Assembly (NCBI RefSeq): GCF_006345805.1
Contig: NC_043008.1
Location: 27,466,001-27,530,000 of the forward strand
Length of the DNA stretch: 64,000 nt
Direction: 5' to 3'
Source: Octopus sinensis
Lineage: Eukaryota
A program made the translations under genes and the position numbers. Below the pieces are notes generated by a model. It saw nothing but the letters and a program-made list of their open reading frames with translations. It was not told the DNA's origin and searched no databases. Positions 1 to 14,479 of this stretch are shown here, piece by piece. The stretch's first letter is position 1, and every line of letters starts with the position of its first letter.

Positions 1-1953
1 TGGAGTTTCTAAATAAGATACGACAAGTTGTCAACTAGCCAATGATCAGGATGGGAATCTAAGTGAAAAGTGAGATGGAAGAAAAATTAATTGAGAAAAA
101 GTGAACAACGTGTGATTGGATGTTAGCAAAGTGACAAAGAAAATGGCGTCTTTGAATCTTGCACTTAAAGATTAATAAGACAGGCAAGGGCAATTCGTAT
201 AAATGATTAGATTACAGAAACAGAAATTGAATAAATTCAGAGAAGAATAAAACTGAAAAAGAAGTATGTGGAACAACAAAAGTAGTAGGTGAAAATAAGG
301 AGTAAGACAAAAGGATATCACTATATGACGAAAAATACTGATGAAGTTCATATTGAGGCAGTAGATGAAACTGGACGAGTAGCAATACATGTTTAACACA
401 TCTTGAACAATAAAGAAGAGAATTGAGAAATTATGTTAGGAAAAATATTTGGCGTAAACAATAAAATGCCACCCGATGTTATGTATATCAACATAGGAAG
501 AATAGGAAGAGCCTGAGAGAAAATCAACCGTCCTTTGAGCGTGGTTAAAACAGAAAAAAATCAGTGAAATAAACAAGAATCATGGCTACCGCTAATATTA
601 TACCTGCCATAATAGGATACAAGGGGAAACAGTTAAAAAAAGAAGAGTGAAGAATATAAAGAACCAAACTGGAGAAATAGAATGCAAATAAATTTGGAAA
701 CGGCATGAAAAGAACTGGGGCAATTAAATAGGATAATGAGAGGCAACTCAATAATAATACAATACTCATAAAATTGTGTTGACAGCGCATGTTAGAAATT
801 ACATGAATTATTTTCCCTAAAAGTTGACAGTTAAATGTTAAACTGAAACGATATTGTAGCCAGATGCAAATAATGGTCGTTCTCATTTTGTAACGTAAAA
901 GTGGGGCTAGCTCAAAATGTGTATGCAATTACCTCTCTTGTTTTGAGTTTATATGGACAGTATCAGATGAATGATTGTACGACATTTCTGAAAATTACAA
1001 GTGTTAGATTAATGGAGGAGTTTTATTGATACTTAAATGAGGGGGGGGTCTCTAGAAACTTTATCAAAAATGTTCTATTGTTAGAATCTAACTTAGAACT
1101 ACTCTATAATAAAAATTAAATATGTTTTAATTATGGATCTGGATACGTCAGTTTCTGAGAAACATTTTCTTTTGCTTTTTATGTTTATTCTCAGAAATAT
1201 GCAAATGTTTCAACATTGATGATTGCTGTAACGGGCAATATATCTTTTCGTATCTCTTTTGTGATCACTTCGCAATATGAAGGGATTTAGTATATTTTAG
1301 AGTTAAAGTGCATTTCTGCGTTTCATTCTTTCGTGTACGAATTGAAGCTAGCTATTATATTGCTAAGAAATGAAGTAGGGAATTTATAGTTGAAGGGTAA
1401 GTTGTATTTAGGTGTGTGGCTTAAATGATGTAGTGCAAAATATATTGCACGAAATACAAAACTTTACTGATAAACAAATGCATTGATGTTTAAAAACGGC
1501 AGCGGCTGCTTGATTTGGCAGATTCAGTTAAGTAAATCATATGTTCTGAAAATATGATTTAAGTAAGTGATATTGTGTCGTTGCGAAATGAAGAAATATG
1601 CATTTCAAGACAGCTCATCATGCAGATTTTTATTGAAGCCTCAACATGAGGCGTAAATACTCGTACATTTCCTCAGTAGTTTCGTAAAATATCAAGCTCT
1701 TTTGTGATAAGTCAATTTGATAATTTTGCACGGACCCCTATGTGTTTCTAGTTTTTGCCTGTCTAAAGCGAAATGGAACTGTGTCGATTTGCAAGTATAT
1801 TTTTGGTTATATATGGTATTAAAATTAAAATAGGCAAACTAATTTGTGGATTCTAGTTTATGCCGCGGCGTTTTGTGCATAGCTATGGTTTGCTTTGTTG
1901 TTCTTTGATTACAGTATAATTCTGATGGCAAAATATTTTTAAAATATCTTAAA

Positions 1954-2281
1954 ACTTGTTTCAGTCATTAGACGGCAGAGCTTCTGGGGCACCTGCTTCA
2001 AGGATAATTAGTCGAATGTATCTAACCCAGCATTTAGTTTTTATAAGTATGGTACTTATTCTATCGAGCTTTCTTCTCGGACTGCTAAGTTACAGAGACT
2101 AAACAAAAATCACCGGTTGTTAAGCGGTGGGCGCAGGATGAACACAGACTCTAAGACTCACGCACACACATATATACATATATATTCATAGATATATATA
2201 CACATATACATATATATATATATATACATACATATATATATATATATAAACATATATATAAACATATATATACATATATAC

Positions 2282-2328
<47 letters not shown>

Positions 2329-2355
2329 CATTATATATATATATATATATATATC

Positions 2356-2387
<32 letters not shown>

Positions 2388-2388
2388 C

Positions 2389-2484
<96 letters not shown>

Positions 2485-2593
2485 GACAGGCTCCGTTCAG
2501 TTTCCGTCCACTAAATCCATTCACAAGGCTTTGGTCTGCCTGATGCTATATTAGAAGACATTTATCAAAGGTTCCACGTAATGAGGTTGAACT
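1954..2593 (-). mobile_element. Bipartite tRNA-derived SINE (head + internal microsatellite + tail), degenerate, with a ~320-bp internal (TA)n expansion
   Basis: 1954-2160 matches the tail half and 2484-2593 the head/core half of the better-preserved copy at 16035-16438, in the same order and orientation. They are separated by (TA)n/(TACA)n. Confidence 0.75.
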
Positions 2594-3267
2594 AAATAAA
2601 TGTCTATTTCTTTTGTGAGAAAAACTCATATATACTTTCCTTTCTTCCTGTTAAAGAATATTTGTGTAGAAGGAAGAAGTTGGACAGTTATATTTTCAAA
2701 ACCTAATACAGTCCCTTTAGTGAAATAAAAAATATTGTTTATAAAGGGGGCATTTTTATAAAACGTATTATATTATAGTTGCAAATATTAAATTAACAAA
2801 TGAATTCTACAATAACTTCAACAAAGATGTAACAACGTATGATATCCAGTTACTATATTTCCTTAATCTGAGTGAGTTGTTTGATATTTACGTTATCTGA
2901 TCTTTAGGTCTGTTGTTTTAATGACGGCTTGGTTAATATCAACTGAAATATTTTATTTTAATTTTATCTATGGAAGTCACATTCTGTGTTGCGATGTTTG
3001 CATTCCCAACAGCGTTAAACGATTTTTTTTTGCTCTTAGAAACATGAAAGAAATATTTTGTTTGATTTTTAAAAATTCCGAAAACCATTGCACAAAAAAT
3101 CAACATAATGAAAACTTCCATGTAATTGAAAAAATATTTCTTATTGTTTACTCTCTGACTAGGAGTTGGAGTCCTTGCAATCGCTCATAGCGATAAACTA
3201 GAGTAATGCTTAATAGATTTATAAATTTTAAAAAGATTTAAATCAAAGGAGTTCAAATAATTAGATT

Positions 3268-3270
3268 ATA

Positions 3271-3345
<75 letters not shown>

Positions 3346-3426
3346 TATATATATATATTACAGAAAATTATCGTCCGTTTTCTTCAGGTATATACATACA
3401 TATATATATATATATATTATATATAT

Positions 3427-3482
<56 letters not shown>

Positions 3483-3532
3483 ATATATATATATGTATAT
3501 ACCTGAAGAAAACGGACGATAATTTTCTGTAA
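3268..3532. repeat. (TA)n tract containing a 31-bp inverted copy of its own right flank
   Basis: 3358-3388 ttacagaaaattatcgtccgttttcttcagg is the exact reverse complement of 3502-3532. Confidence 0.95.
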
Positions 3533-5571
3533 TTCATCTGCCACTTAAGACGTCAAAAACTAGGCACTTATTTACGTCAATTAATGTACACGAATTCAGA
3601 ATGATACCAGTCCTTAGAATGGAGTAAAAATTTATTTCACGTTGAAGCTTATTCGTAATAATGACAATGATCATCTGATTATATTCGTGTACTTAGTTCC
3701 ACAAAACTTTGAGGCAGAAAATAATTTATGATGACATATTTTCAAAGAACTGGTGCGCTTACCATTGAATCGTTGCATATAACCACAGAAGGAACATAAC
3801 ATACTCAAAGTAAATTACCTTTATGTATGCCTTCATGACATTTAAAGTGGCGTATCTTGTAGTTGCTGTTGGTACCGTTACCTAGGAAGGAACTAAATCT
3901 ATTTGAGCTACAAAAGCCAAAAACAAAGAAGAAAAAGAAAAGAAGAAAAATACACCCTTTCTCGATGTAAGCAGGCCACATTAACCGCTTTGCCGTTGGA
4001 GATTAAGATCTGATTTAAAGAATTCTTGAAAGCATAGATTGTTTGATCATGTTGTAACCTAGGGAAAAATGAACTTACTGAAAGCCTTGTTCTTGGTGCT
4101 TTACGGTCATGATGTTCTTGACAGTAATTTAGTTATACTGTGCAGTATATCTATGCACAGCATCAGAGACTCCGTAAAATGATGACATATTTCAAATCAT
4201 ATATATTATAATTGAATACCTTGAGACTAAATGTTTTCACAGATGCAAATCAAATTGATTTGTAAATGCTTTCATCTGCATAAGCACAAACTTAGCTAAG
4301 AATCTTTACTGGGAAACCGTCAAATTATTTGAAAGACGTCATGGCTTAATCAAATACTGTAATCAGTACTGAAAGTTAAAGCTCAAGTTAATTTTGCCGG
4401 TAATAGGTTGAGATGTATTCACAAAATCCAGTCACATTAAATATTTTCTACTTTGTCATTATGAAATAAGTTGTTGAAAAATCAAACAAGGTAGTGGTAA
4501 GGCATAACCCCCAACTCACCCTCAACCGGACAATTACCCAGAAATAATTCCGCTTATTTTTTTAAACGTAATCTTACAAATGTACTATAAATTGTACCTA
4601 TAACATAATTTGGTTTTATAAATGAAATTCGTTCTTACACTTCACACGATGAAAAGTTCAGCCACTTTCAGACCATATTCGAATTTCCCATTGTAGCAAC
4701 ATTGATGAAAATTTTGAATTAACTGCAGTTTTATAAAACATTAACATTCGACTATATTATGCATGATATTTTTTAATTATTGGTGTACATATGTTAGACA
4801 GATTCTCTTCAAAACTAACCGAAAGACAAAACATAACAAATGATTCTAAACGTGACCATCTCGTATTTTATCTAAGTATTTAGTCTTGAAGAAAGGTAAC
4901 AGTCTAAATTTTGCTTGTACGGTGATTTCTAGTTTTTGCTGCTCTTGTCATGTTTTCATGCATTTTATTGATGACTGCAATATTACTTTGAAAATAGTAT
5001 ATTAGACATATTTAGCTGTTAAAGTTAATCGTGATAACACACGCGGCATAGCAAAAGGTTTGGGGAATGTAGCAGTAACGAAATAACCATCTGTTTTTAT
5101 TACAAACATACGAACATCGATCAAAAATTGTATAGAAATTTGTAATTTTTATCTCGTTCATGGTTCCGTAACTGTACCATTTTTTGAAGTAAAATTGGTT
5201 ACGATTAATAGATGTTTGAATAAATATATAGTAGATTTCTCTCTTGTTATTTGTAAGGAAAGTACACTGCGGTACGTAGAAAGTAAATAGTTGATCGTTA
5301 TAACTGTAGTAAATATTATGTGAATCTGGTATTCAATTGATTCTCTGATACATCAAATACAACCACCACAATGATCTACTGACCTACTCTAATTACCAGT
5401 ATAATAACCTTCTTCTTTAAAGCCGGACGTAGAAGCTGCCTGCACAAAATCTGGGTTCCGAACTTAAATGCAAAATGTATGATAACGTTTTATGTATTTG
5501 ATTTCGAGTTAACAGATAATATACTATATATACATGCATACACACATGCACGCGCGCACAAACACATAAAC

Positions 5572-5611
5572 ATCTATCTACTTATCTTTCTATCTATTCA
5601 TTATCTATCTG

Positions 5612-5684
<73 letters not shown>

Positions 5685-5706
5685 ATATATATATATATAT
5701 ATATAT
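5572..5706. repeat. (TCTA)n followed by (TA)n microsatellite
   Basis: Direct reading. It explains the YLSI-repeat ORF at 5479-5709. Confidence 0.95.
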
Positions 5707-5824
5707 TGATAAAACGGTAAGATAACAAAAGAAAGAAAGAGACCTCAATATTAAGTAAATAGAGGAAGTTTATCTATACAATAATGTTACATTACTCAAT
5801 GACTATTGAGTAATGTAACATATT

Positions 5825-5941
<117 letters not shown>

Positions 5942-6349
5942 CTCTCGATATACGGACAAACAATTCACAAGAATAATAATTCTCGAAAAATTAGTTTGAC
6001 AAGTTATTAATTTGGTATTAGCTGGAATGAGTATTTTCAAAAAATGATAATAACAGAATCAATAATATAGTACTTAAATGTACGTTAGGAGAATCTATTA
6101 ACCTGGTCTAATTTCGGTTGATTTCTTAGTTATCATCAGTGTATGTTGGCGATTTAAATAACAGTTTTGACTATTATTTCCAGTAGGTAAATATACTGAC
6201 TATGTTTTTGATTAATTTTAATTCTTCAGCTATTTAATGCTTTTCTTGGTCCTGCAATTACCTACATTAATTATGCTGTTATTATTTTTTAGAATAGTCA
6301 TTGCAGATTTTATCAAAATTAATAATATCTTAGGAAATTAATTTTCCGA

Positions 6350-6407
6350 ATATATATATATATTCGTATATACATATATATCTCTGTCTATCTCTGTGTC
6401 TGTCTAT

Positions 6408-6496
<89 letters not shown>

Positions 6497-6517
6497 AATC
6501 TATCTATCTATCTACCC

Positions 6518-6571
<54 letters not shown>

Positions 6572-6610
6572 ATATCTGTCGACCTATCGACCTATCTATC
6601 CATCTATCTG
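6350..6610. repeat. (TA)n/(TCTA)n microsatellite
   Basis: Direct reading. It explains the ORF at 6396-6692. Confidence 0.95.
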
Positions 6611-6623
6611 TCTCTCTATTAAT

Positions 6624-6830
6624 ATTCTTTTATTCTTTTACTGTTTTAAATATTTCAGTATGCCTGCCGCCATACTGGAGGACTACTTTTAGTTGAAGAA
6701 ATTTACCCCAGGACTTATTCTTTATAATCCTAGAACTTATTCTAACGGCCTCTTTTGCCGAACCGAGAACGTAAACAAATCAACATTGGTTGTCACACGA
6801 TGCTGGGAAACAAACACAAATACGCAAATA
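6624..6830 (-). mobile_element. Tail half of the bipartite SINE
   Basis: ccccaggacttattcttt...cctagaacttattcta..cggcctcttttgccgaaccg matches 16100-16165. Confidence 0.75.
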
Positions 6831-6989
6831 CATACACACACAGTCACAGACACCCACACATACATATATAACAAAGAAGAAAGAGGAGTATTTCGATTAT
6901 CTCCACGTGGCGTGTTGTAGGGCAAAAAAAAATATATATAAGATAGATTCTGTCTGTTTCCTTTTTGTTCACTTGTTTGTTTTTCCACC

Positions 6990-7818
6990 AAAATGAAAGT
7001 ACCTGCTTCCAGGGACGCTATTATGCTATTCCCCAATTTCTTACACTCAATCCAATATATAATCCAACTGATTCCGTCAATGATTTGGTAGATGAAATCT
7101 TTACTAATCTTCTTTATAATTACAACAGTAGAGATTGGATCTGTCAGCGACATATCCTTGATCCAAAAAACTTTGCTTTACATAGCAAATTGAACTCACT
7201 AGAACCACCAGGTATAGCTCCTCATTGTCTTCCCCTGACGAAAATGGCCTTCTATAATCCTATTAAATAATTTGTCTCAACCAAAATTATGCAATAGTAC
7301 AAGATTATGTCTGTACAAACACATGAGGAACTGCACTGACGTAAATATTTTCTCTGGTTGTGGTAAAGGTAAGACCGTCTTCATTTTAACTTCAGTCAAT
7401 GTTCTGTGTGGAGACGTTTGTGAATGCCCCTTATAAATTTTCCCCTTATCAATGTGGAACGGCCGAATTTAATGTGGAGCATTCCAATTTAAGCGGTTAC
7501 AGTTTCCAATCTGTGTTTCTTTTGCCATCGACATTAATAAAACCCAGGGCCAAACACTAAATGTTGCTGGATTTCAACCTGGACACCCATGCTGTTCACA
7601 TAGCCAACTGTATGTAGGAGCATAATGTGTGGGAGCAAAAGCAAAGCTTTCTGATTAAGCAACCCATAATAAAACAAAAGACGTTATTTATAAAGAAATA
7701 TTCACTCTTAATGCTACGTGAATACATCTATAACTTAATTTACCATTACCTATTTAAATGAACTGTATTATATAATTACCATTACTCTATTGTTAAATAA
7801 AATAACGCATACAACTAG
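6990..7818 (+). mobile_element. Helitron 3' fragment (decayed Pif1-like helicase C-terminus)
   Basis: Frameshifted translation gives DWICQRHILDPKN, LNSLEPPGIAPH, NLSQPKLCNSTRL, FKRLQFPICVSFAIDINKTQGQTL and SHSQLYVG, which are Helitron RepHel helicase motifs (AILAPKN, LRLQFP..FAMTINKSQGQT, SHGQLYVA). It ends in gcatacaaCTAG|T at 7815-7819. Confidence 0.75.
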
Positions 7819-8162
7819 TTATTATGATATAATAAACAAACAGAAATTCGTGTATAAAATTGACCCTTTTTCTATGTCAATTATCACATTGCTCACCTTT
7901 CGGGGAGGGAATAAAAATGGTAAATTACTTCCCCACTCCCCAATAAGAATGATGACTAATTAACTTTCCTTAGATGTATATACCTTTTTCATTCATTCAA
8001 TCACAAACGTTTCCCCACAGAACATGGACTAAAATCTTAAGAAAATACGACATTACAATAATTTCAATGTCATGATTAGCAAAAGCGAAATCACTCGCCA
8101 AACACAATACTCTTTCACTTATAAAATGTATTAAAACTATGTAGACTGTGTGCATTTTCCTT

Positions 8163-8195
<33 letters not shown>

Positions 8196-8350
8196 TACGG
8201 GGCCTTCATTAAATTTCCGTCCATCAAATTCAATCCACATTCCAAGGTTATAGTAGAAGACATTGCGCAAGGAAGGTGCCAAGCAGAGTGATTGAACCCA
8301 GAACAATGTACTTGGAAGCAAGCTTCTAACCACGCAGCCACTTCTGTGCC
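8196..8350 (-). mobile_element. Head/core half of the bipartite tRNA-SINE
   Basis: Similar to 16275-16438. The minus strand carries tggctgcgtggttag (A-box-like) and gggttcaatc (B-box-like), and it abuts a (TA)n tract. Confidence 0.7.
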
Positions 8351-10219
8351 TTTAAACGAAGCAATCTTGTTAAATCGTAAATGCAAGCCAGTAATTTCAA
8401 TAAAGAATTTTTCCAAACACTTTGATATGTATGACAGTTGTAAGCTATTTCAAGGCAATCTGCAGATATATTCTGACACGCACACACACACACCACACAC
8501 ACACATATATATATAGACACACAGGCACACATATATAGATATGTATACGTTTATATATACTTATGTGTGTGCGTGTATGTGTGCGTGTGTAACGAATAAC
8601 TGAGCTGAAAGCCTTAGAATTAAGTAATAATGTATGTTTATCAGATATACATAATTTCGGAAATGGGCAATCTGAAAAAGCAAATTCTATATCAAATCAG
8701 TCCCTAGTCCCTCATTCAGTAATTCATCTGATGTGTGAAAGCCCACCAATAGGATAATCTTTAGACTGAAACCTTAATTAATTTCGAATATTTAGACCAA
8801 TAAGGTTTCCGTGATCATGGCATTCACAAAATAAAACAAGAAAGACATATAAAATTAGTATAAATAGCTCATTGATAATAAATCAGATCAGTTATATCAA
8901 ATGTTTTTTTCGTAAGAACACAAAAATAATTCTTCATGGGAACTCAATACCAAATGCGAAATTTAAACATTCCATCCGATCCGGATATGTAATTTTTGTT
9001 GCATCGTATTTTTATCATATACCTGTGTGATATAACAATGAAATCGTGTGAAATATGCCAACATACTCTATATAAATTTAATATAGTGCTGAATGATTTC
9101 ATTACTTTGACACTTATGTTGTACATTATTCTAAATTATTGGATTGCACTTGCATTAATACAAGAAATTATTTCATGTAAGAAAGACATATTTATCTTAT
9201 ATATCACTGTACTTATATTTGACAAATGAGCTTCAAACGCATTGTTGAATTCCGTGTGTTGTTTTGTATATCATTTGGCTTTGTATCTGAGCATTCGTTT
9301 TATATGAATATTGGCTGAGACTTATATATGTTTAGGCATGCTGAAATGTTTTACTAAAAGTCACATATTTTTTTCCATTTTTCATAATATTAGAATTGCA
9401 TAATATACATATTAAATATGGATTTGAAATTATATTGTATACAGAAATATATTTTAATGTAAAGTTCCTCCATTGTTGCATATAATTTGAGTGTGCCATT
9501 TTGCGAAAGACATATTCATTAAAACCGGGTAGGAATAATTTTTGATTCGCTGTCAATTAAAGAAATACAATTAGTTGTTACATTCCTGGACTAAAGCGTA
9601 GCTTTTAAGAATATGTATTTCCACATCAAAGTGTTTCACTAAGGGTAAGATTATTTACATAATGTATTTTTTGTGAAAGATTAAACAAGTGTGACAATGT
9701 TGCATCCATCATGCTTATATTCAATTTTAACATAAGTATCTACAAATAATCATAGAGCCTATTAGTCATCTAAAGATATTAATTATGTGACCGTCAAAGA
9801 TTACTATCGCAAAGTGCCGTTATCAACAAGAGGTGGAATTAATCATCAGGTTGTATAAATTTAATTAAGAAGGTTCATTAAGCTTGATATGATGTAAATG
9901 TATTTTACGCTATATAACAGTATTAATCTAACCTTGAGAATAAGTGAAATTAAATTTGAGGAGAATAATAAAAAGAATTTTATGCTGACCTGGAGAGTGA
10001 TAACTGAAATTTAAACATATCTGTATCGTATACTGTTGTAATCCAAAGTCGGACTATGATAAGACCCACTCCGGTATAGCAGTATATAGTTAGTTAGACA
10101 AGTAAAGATATGGTAATCTATGACCAACTTCGCTGATTTTGAGCAATCGACTTCCTACGTCGCGTTATTGGTAGCGACTAACACATACAACTCGTTACGT
10201 GGTATGTGTTAGTCGTTAC

Positions 10220-10242
10220 ATTATTATTATTACTATTATTAA

Positions 10243-10311
<69 letters not shown>

Positions 10312-10335
10312 CATCATCAAATTCTTCATCATCAT
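10220..10335. repeat. (ATT)n grading into (ATC)n microsatellite
   Basis: Direct reading. It explains the poly-Ile ORF at 10199-10549. Confidence 0.95.
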
Positions 10336-11448
10336 CGTCCCCATAACATCTCACCTTTTATATTTTTCTCAGATTGTGTTACTTTGTATCTTTTTACATC
10401 ACCCCACCGCCCTTTTTGGATTTTTCATATATATATATTCAAATTTAATATGTTTTCGTTTGGTAACCACTTCCAGAAACACTGTACATTTTCTTTTTCT
10501 TGCATTTGTGCGTCTGTGTTCAAGTATTTGTAGTGGCTTTGGTACATGAAAAGTATCGTATAACCATTCCATTGCTTCTTCCATTCTCTTGGGTTCGCTC
10601 TCAAGGAACCTCTTTTTTAACTGATGTAACATCCAATTCGGTGGGACGTGTGTTTCATTCTTACTATTATTATCCCCATAACATATAATGACTTATTTGG
10701 ACAACTTAAATAATCACAGCTTCAACGCTTTCCGGTACCTCTTTTTATCCAGTATAAATAACTCAAGTTTCAGCTCTCAACTTTGTTATGGAAATCACTG
10801 AACTACTGTTTTCCCAACTTTGTTCTAAAAACTGCTGTGTCTCTGTTTTGTTCTGGTCTGTTATGTCAAATTGGTTACCATAGCAATCATCACCTCTCAA
10901 CAAAAGAGTAAGCCATACAGTATATTACTGGAATTTCAGAGATGTATAAAAATCACCATAGAAATATTTTCTCCTAAAACATAAGACGACATATTGTTTG
11001 ATCTAGTATATCATCAGCAACATCATCATCCCCATCCTCATCATCATCACCATCATCATCGTTATCATCAACGTCATCGTCTTCATCATCATCACAATCA
11101 GCAGCACCACCAACAGCAGCATCTGTAGCAATATCATCATCACTACTGTAGCATAAGCAATACTTTCTCCCAAGGCAAAAGATATTCCTATGCCCTGCAA
11201 TATACACTTAATTCCATCGTATTTTCTATGTATTATGATAGGCATATTCAAATATATTTGTCAGCTTATGATTGTTTTCCTGCCGAGAAAACGATAGAGT
11301 CGTAAGATTATGACTGCTTTTCCCGGGCCAATAATAATGCGTCTGTAACCGTTTTCCCCGAGCCCAGAATAATACAATGATAGTACATTGTCAAAGGTCC
11401 AGAAAGGCATTTTTTCCCTCCAAGAACAGGTATGATTGAAGTCAGATA

Positions 11449-12328
11449 TACGAGGTGGTATCAAAACATCCCCAGAATAATTATTTGTTTTTATAAAACA
11501 TATCTATTTTATCTAAATTGTAACATCATCTCGTTTGAAATAGTTATATTGCGCAGCAATACACCGGTCCAGCGTTCCTGTCACCTTTGAAATCCGGCCA
11601 AGAATTCGGGGACATTGTGTAATTCGCAATGGAACTGAGAAACAGTGTTAAAACGACGACATTTGAACTGCATTTTCATATTGGGGAAGATATGGAAATC
11701 AGTAGGTGCTAAATCTGGAGAATAGGGTAGCTGCGGATGTAATACCATGTTGTTTTTAGAAAGCGAAACTCACGAATGAGGAGAGCTCGGTGACACGGAG
11801 CATTGTCGTCGTGAAGAATCCAATGCTTCGTCCTCCAAAAGTCTGGTCACTTTCGCTGAATGTCCTCCCTCAAACGCTGCAAAGCATTGCAGTAGATCTC
11901 CCGATTCATGGTCTGGTTCTCGGAGACGAATTCTCGATGAACAAAATGTCGAAAACATGAGCATGCACTTGAGTGAGCTGCGGCTCAGTCTTGAGCCCGT
12001 GTCACTCGAAACAGTGTAGTCAACCCATTGCCTCGTCGCCGTAAGCTTGCAAAAGCACACTCAATGTCCCTGTAGCAAACCTCCCAAGTTTAAAGCAAAA
12101 TTTCACGTTGGCTCTTTGTTCCAACATCCTGTCCTTGACAAAAATCGCAAACAACAGCATACACGTGATTACAAAAACACAAATGTCATTACTTGCGAAG
12201 TAAATACAGCAATATCACTCGATACACTGCCTCATGGAGGATACCGCTACTACTCACTTTATACGTGACCGTGTGTTGCTATCTGTTGGCGCGCTACCAG
12301 CCTCGGAACATTTTGATACCACCATGTA
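11449..12328 (-). mobile_element. Internally deleted mariner (Tc1/mariner superfamily) with both TIRs and TA target duplication
   Basis: TA|cgaggtggtatcaaaa at 11449 and ttttgataccaccatg|TA at 12311-12328 (13-bp perfect inverted core). Minus-strand frames give NVKFCFKLG...QAYGDEAMG (HTH N-terminus), joined directly to HREFV..QTMNREIYCNALQRLREDIQRK*PDFWRTKHWILHDDNAPCH and PYSPDLAPTDF. Confidence 0.88.
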
Positions 12329-14479
12329 AATTATAAATATGAAAGGAGCATATCTACAGAAATAGTTGTTTTATTGCGATATAAGTGTGTTCAGCATATG
12401 CTCACTGTGTATATATGATATATGTATAGGTGTATTTGTATGCATGTATATGTGTATAAACAAGCTATGTATAAATTAACCTTTCATTTTCTTTACATTT
12501 TAATTGCCTGTGTGTGTGGGTGTGATGTGCATAAAGATATTTCATACCTAGATTTATAGATGCATGTATACCGGAACATGTATACGGCTGAGCACACGAG
12601 AATATATCTTTAAGTATGTGTATAAGTATGTATACATACATACATACACATAGAGATATATAGATATGTTTATCTGTATGTGTATATGTGTCTCTGTATA
12701 TATTTATGCATGCACGTGTCATTCTATATTTCATTTATATATGAATTTGTCCATATGCATTAGCTCTTCGGGAATATATCCTTGGGAATTAGAATCTGAG
12801 TGATTACACGCTTGTGCACAACATTTGTATACAAAAAGCAGAAAATTTTGATCATTCTATTAAGGATAATGTCATAATCTTATCAGTAATCTAGTGTTAC
12901 TTTCTTGACAACTACGTGCTGAGACCAATCCCAATGAGATTTGTGCCGAAAGTTGAATTATGCTACCGGAAAATATCCCTCATTAATGTTTTGCCTTTGA
13001 ATGCAATCATATGGAAAGCGATACGATTATTTAGCAACACGTTAGTAACATATGAATTTACCAATTGGCCACTTTTAGAAATATGCTATTATAATTAGTT
13101 GTAAACTTATATATCGTCTTTTGCATTTGGAAGCCTGTATTTCTTAAGTTCTCTTACAATTTCTAAAATAAATGTTGCCCTCAATATAATTATTTGTAAA
13201 TATACTTTTGCATTCACAGCTGTTTTAATTTCGCGAAAGAAAAGCTGGATTTTGCCTGATGAACTAGTACCGGTACGCAGAAATATGTACTGTTATAATA
13301 TGTTATTATCACACATTGTTACATAAATAATACATTCATTAGACGCGCATAATGATATTTTGAACCCTGTTTTATTTACAATATATAGCTACACCAAACA
13401 CACGCAGGAACATTCATCTACAGATGGATGGATAAGCATTTAGATACAGTTGAACGCGAAATAAAATATATCGATGGTTTGTTATTTTTACGTACCTTAA
13501 ATAATTTATGATCTCCCCGCTCAATAAGGAATTGAAACCTTCGAGATATATCCGTTCCCTTTATACAAAAGTAATATTGTATAGTGTTCGTTTTGTGAGT
13601 TAGCATTCCAGGAATTTTAATTTGAAAGCACTTTGTTTATGTTCAATCAATAGCTTGTTTTTCTTTATCCTGACGACAAGTTTTGAAACATTCCTACCTA
13701 TTGGGTTATGTTTCTCCTGGTTTACCTTTACAGAAACCTACATTATTCTATGTACACTGAAAATGTTAAGTTTTATGCAAGAGCTATCTATTAATCGTAA
13801 TGAATATTATACTAAATTTATGAAAATTCTCATGAAAAATGTAAGCGGCAGCTATATCCGTCCTTCCGTTTTTTCCAGTCCAAATAAACATATTTTGTCA
13901 TGACTATTAAATTCAATTATGTAGAACATAGGAATATTAATATGAAATAATATCAGAATGAGGAAATCTCTTTCTTAAAGTCTAAAAATATATAAAGTAT
14001 TATCGAGTGATTATATTTTCTAAGGGAAGAGTTAAGTTGTGGAAAATGGTACAATGTTGGATGAAATGAATTTATGCAAATTCAGTTTTTTATGTAATTT
14101 CATTTCATTCACGAATTATTTTATATTCTAATTTATTGAAGGTAATCTCTGATTAGGAAGACTTATGATCCCATGCTTTCCACTCTTAGATAAGAAAATT
14201 CTTATATATTTAAAATTTTATTCTTTGAAGACGCCACAATAGTTTCACGCAAGTTTCGTTACATTAGGTCCAGTTATACAGCGTGTATATTTTGATATGA
14301 ATTAATTTAATCCACAAAATTACTATCCACGTAACAGGTAATAGGCATTATTTGTGTAGTGAAACCAAATATCAAACTTGTACGGAAAAACATGGCTTAA
14401 GAATAAATAACGTCCAACCAAAAATATTCCAATCTGTTTTGAAGAGTAACATAGATGGCTTCATATAGTGCCCCACGAT

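Noticed and set aside
1-930. Purine-skewed plus strand suggesting a decayed coding element, with minus-strand ORFs 172-399 and 545-928
   Set aside because: No motif in any frame. The hydrophobic minus ORFs are a by-product of the A-rich plus strand.
13250-13300. CTGATGA...GAAA spacing resembling a hammerhead
   Set aside because: Stem I does not pair and stem II is poor.
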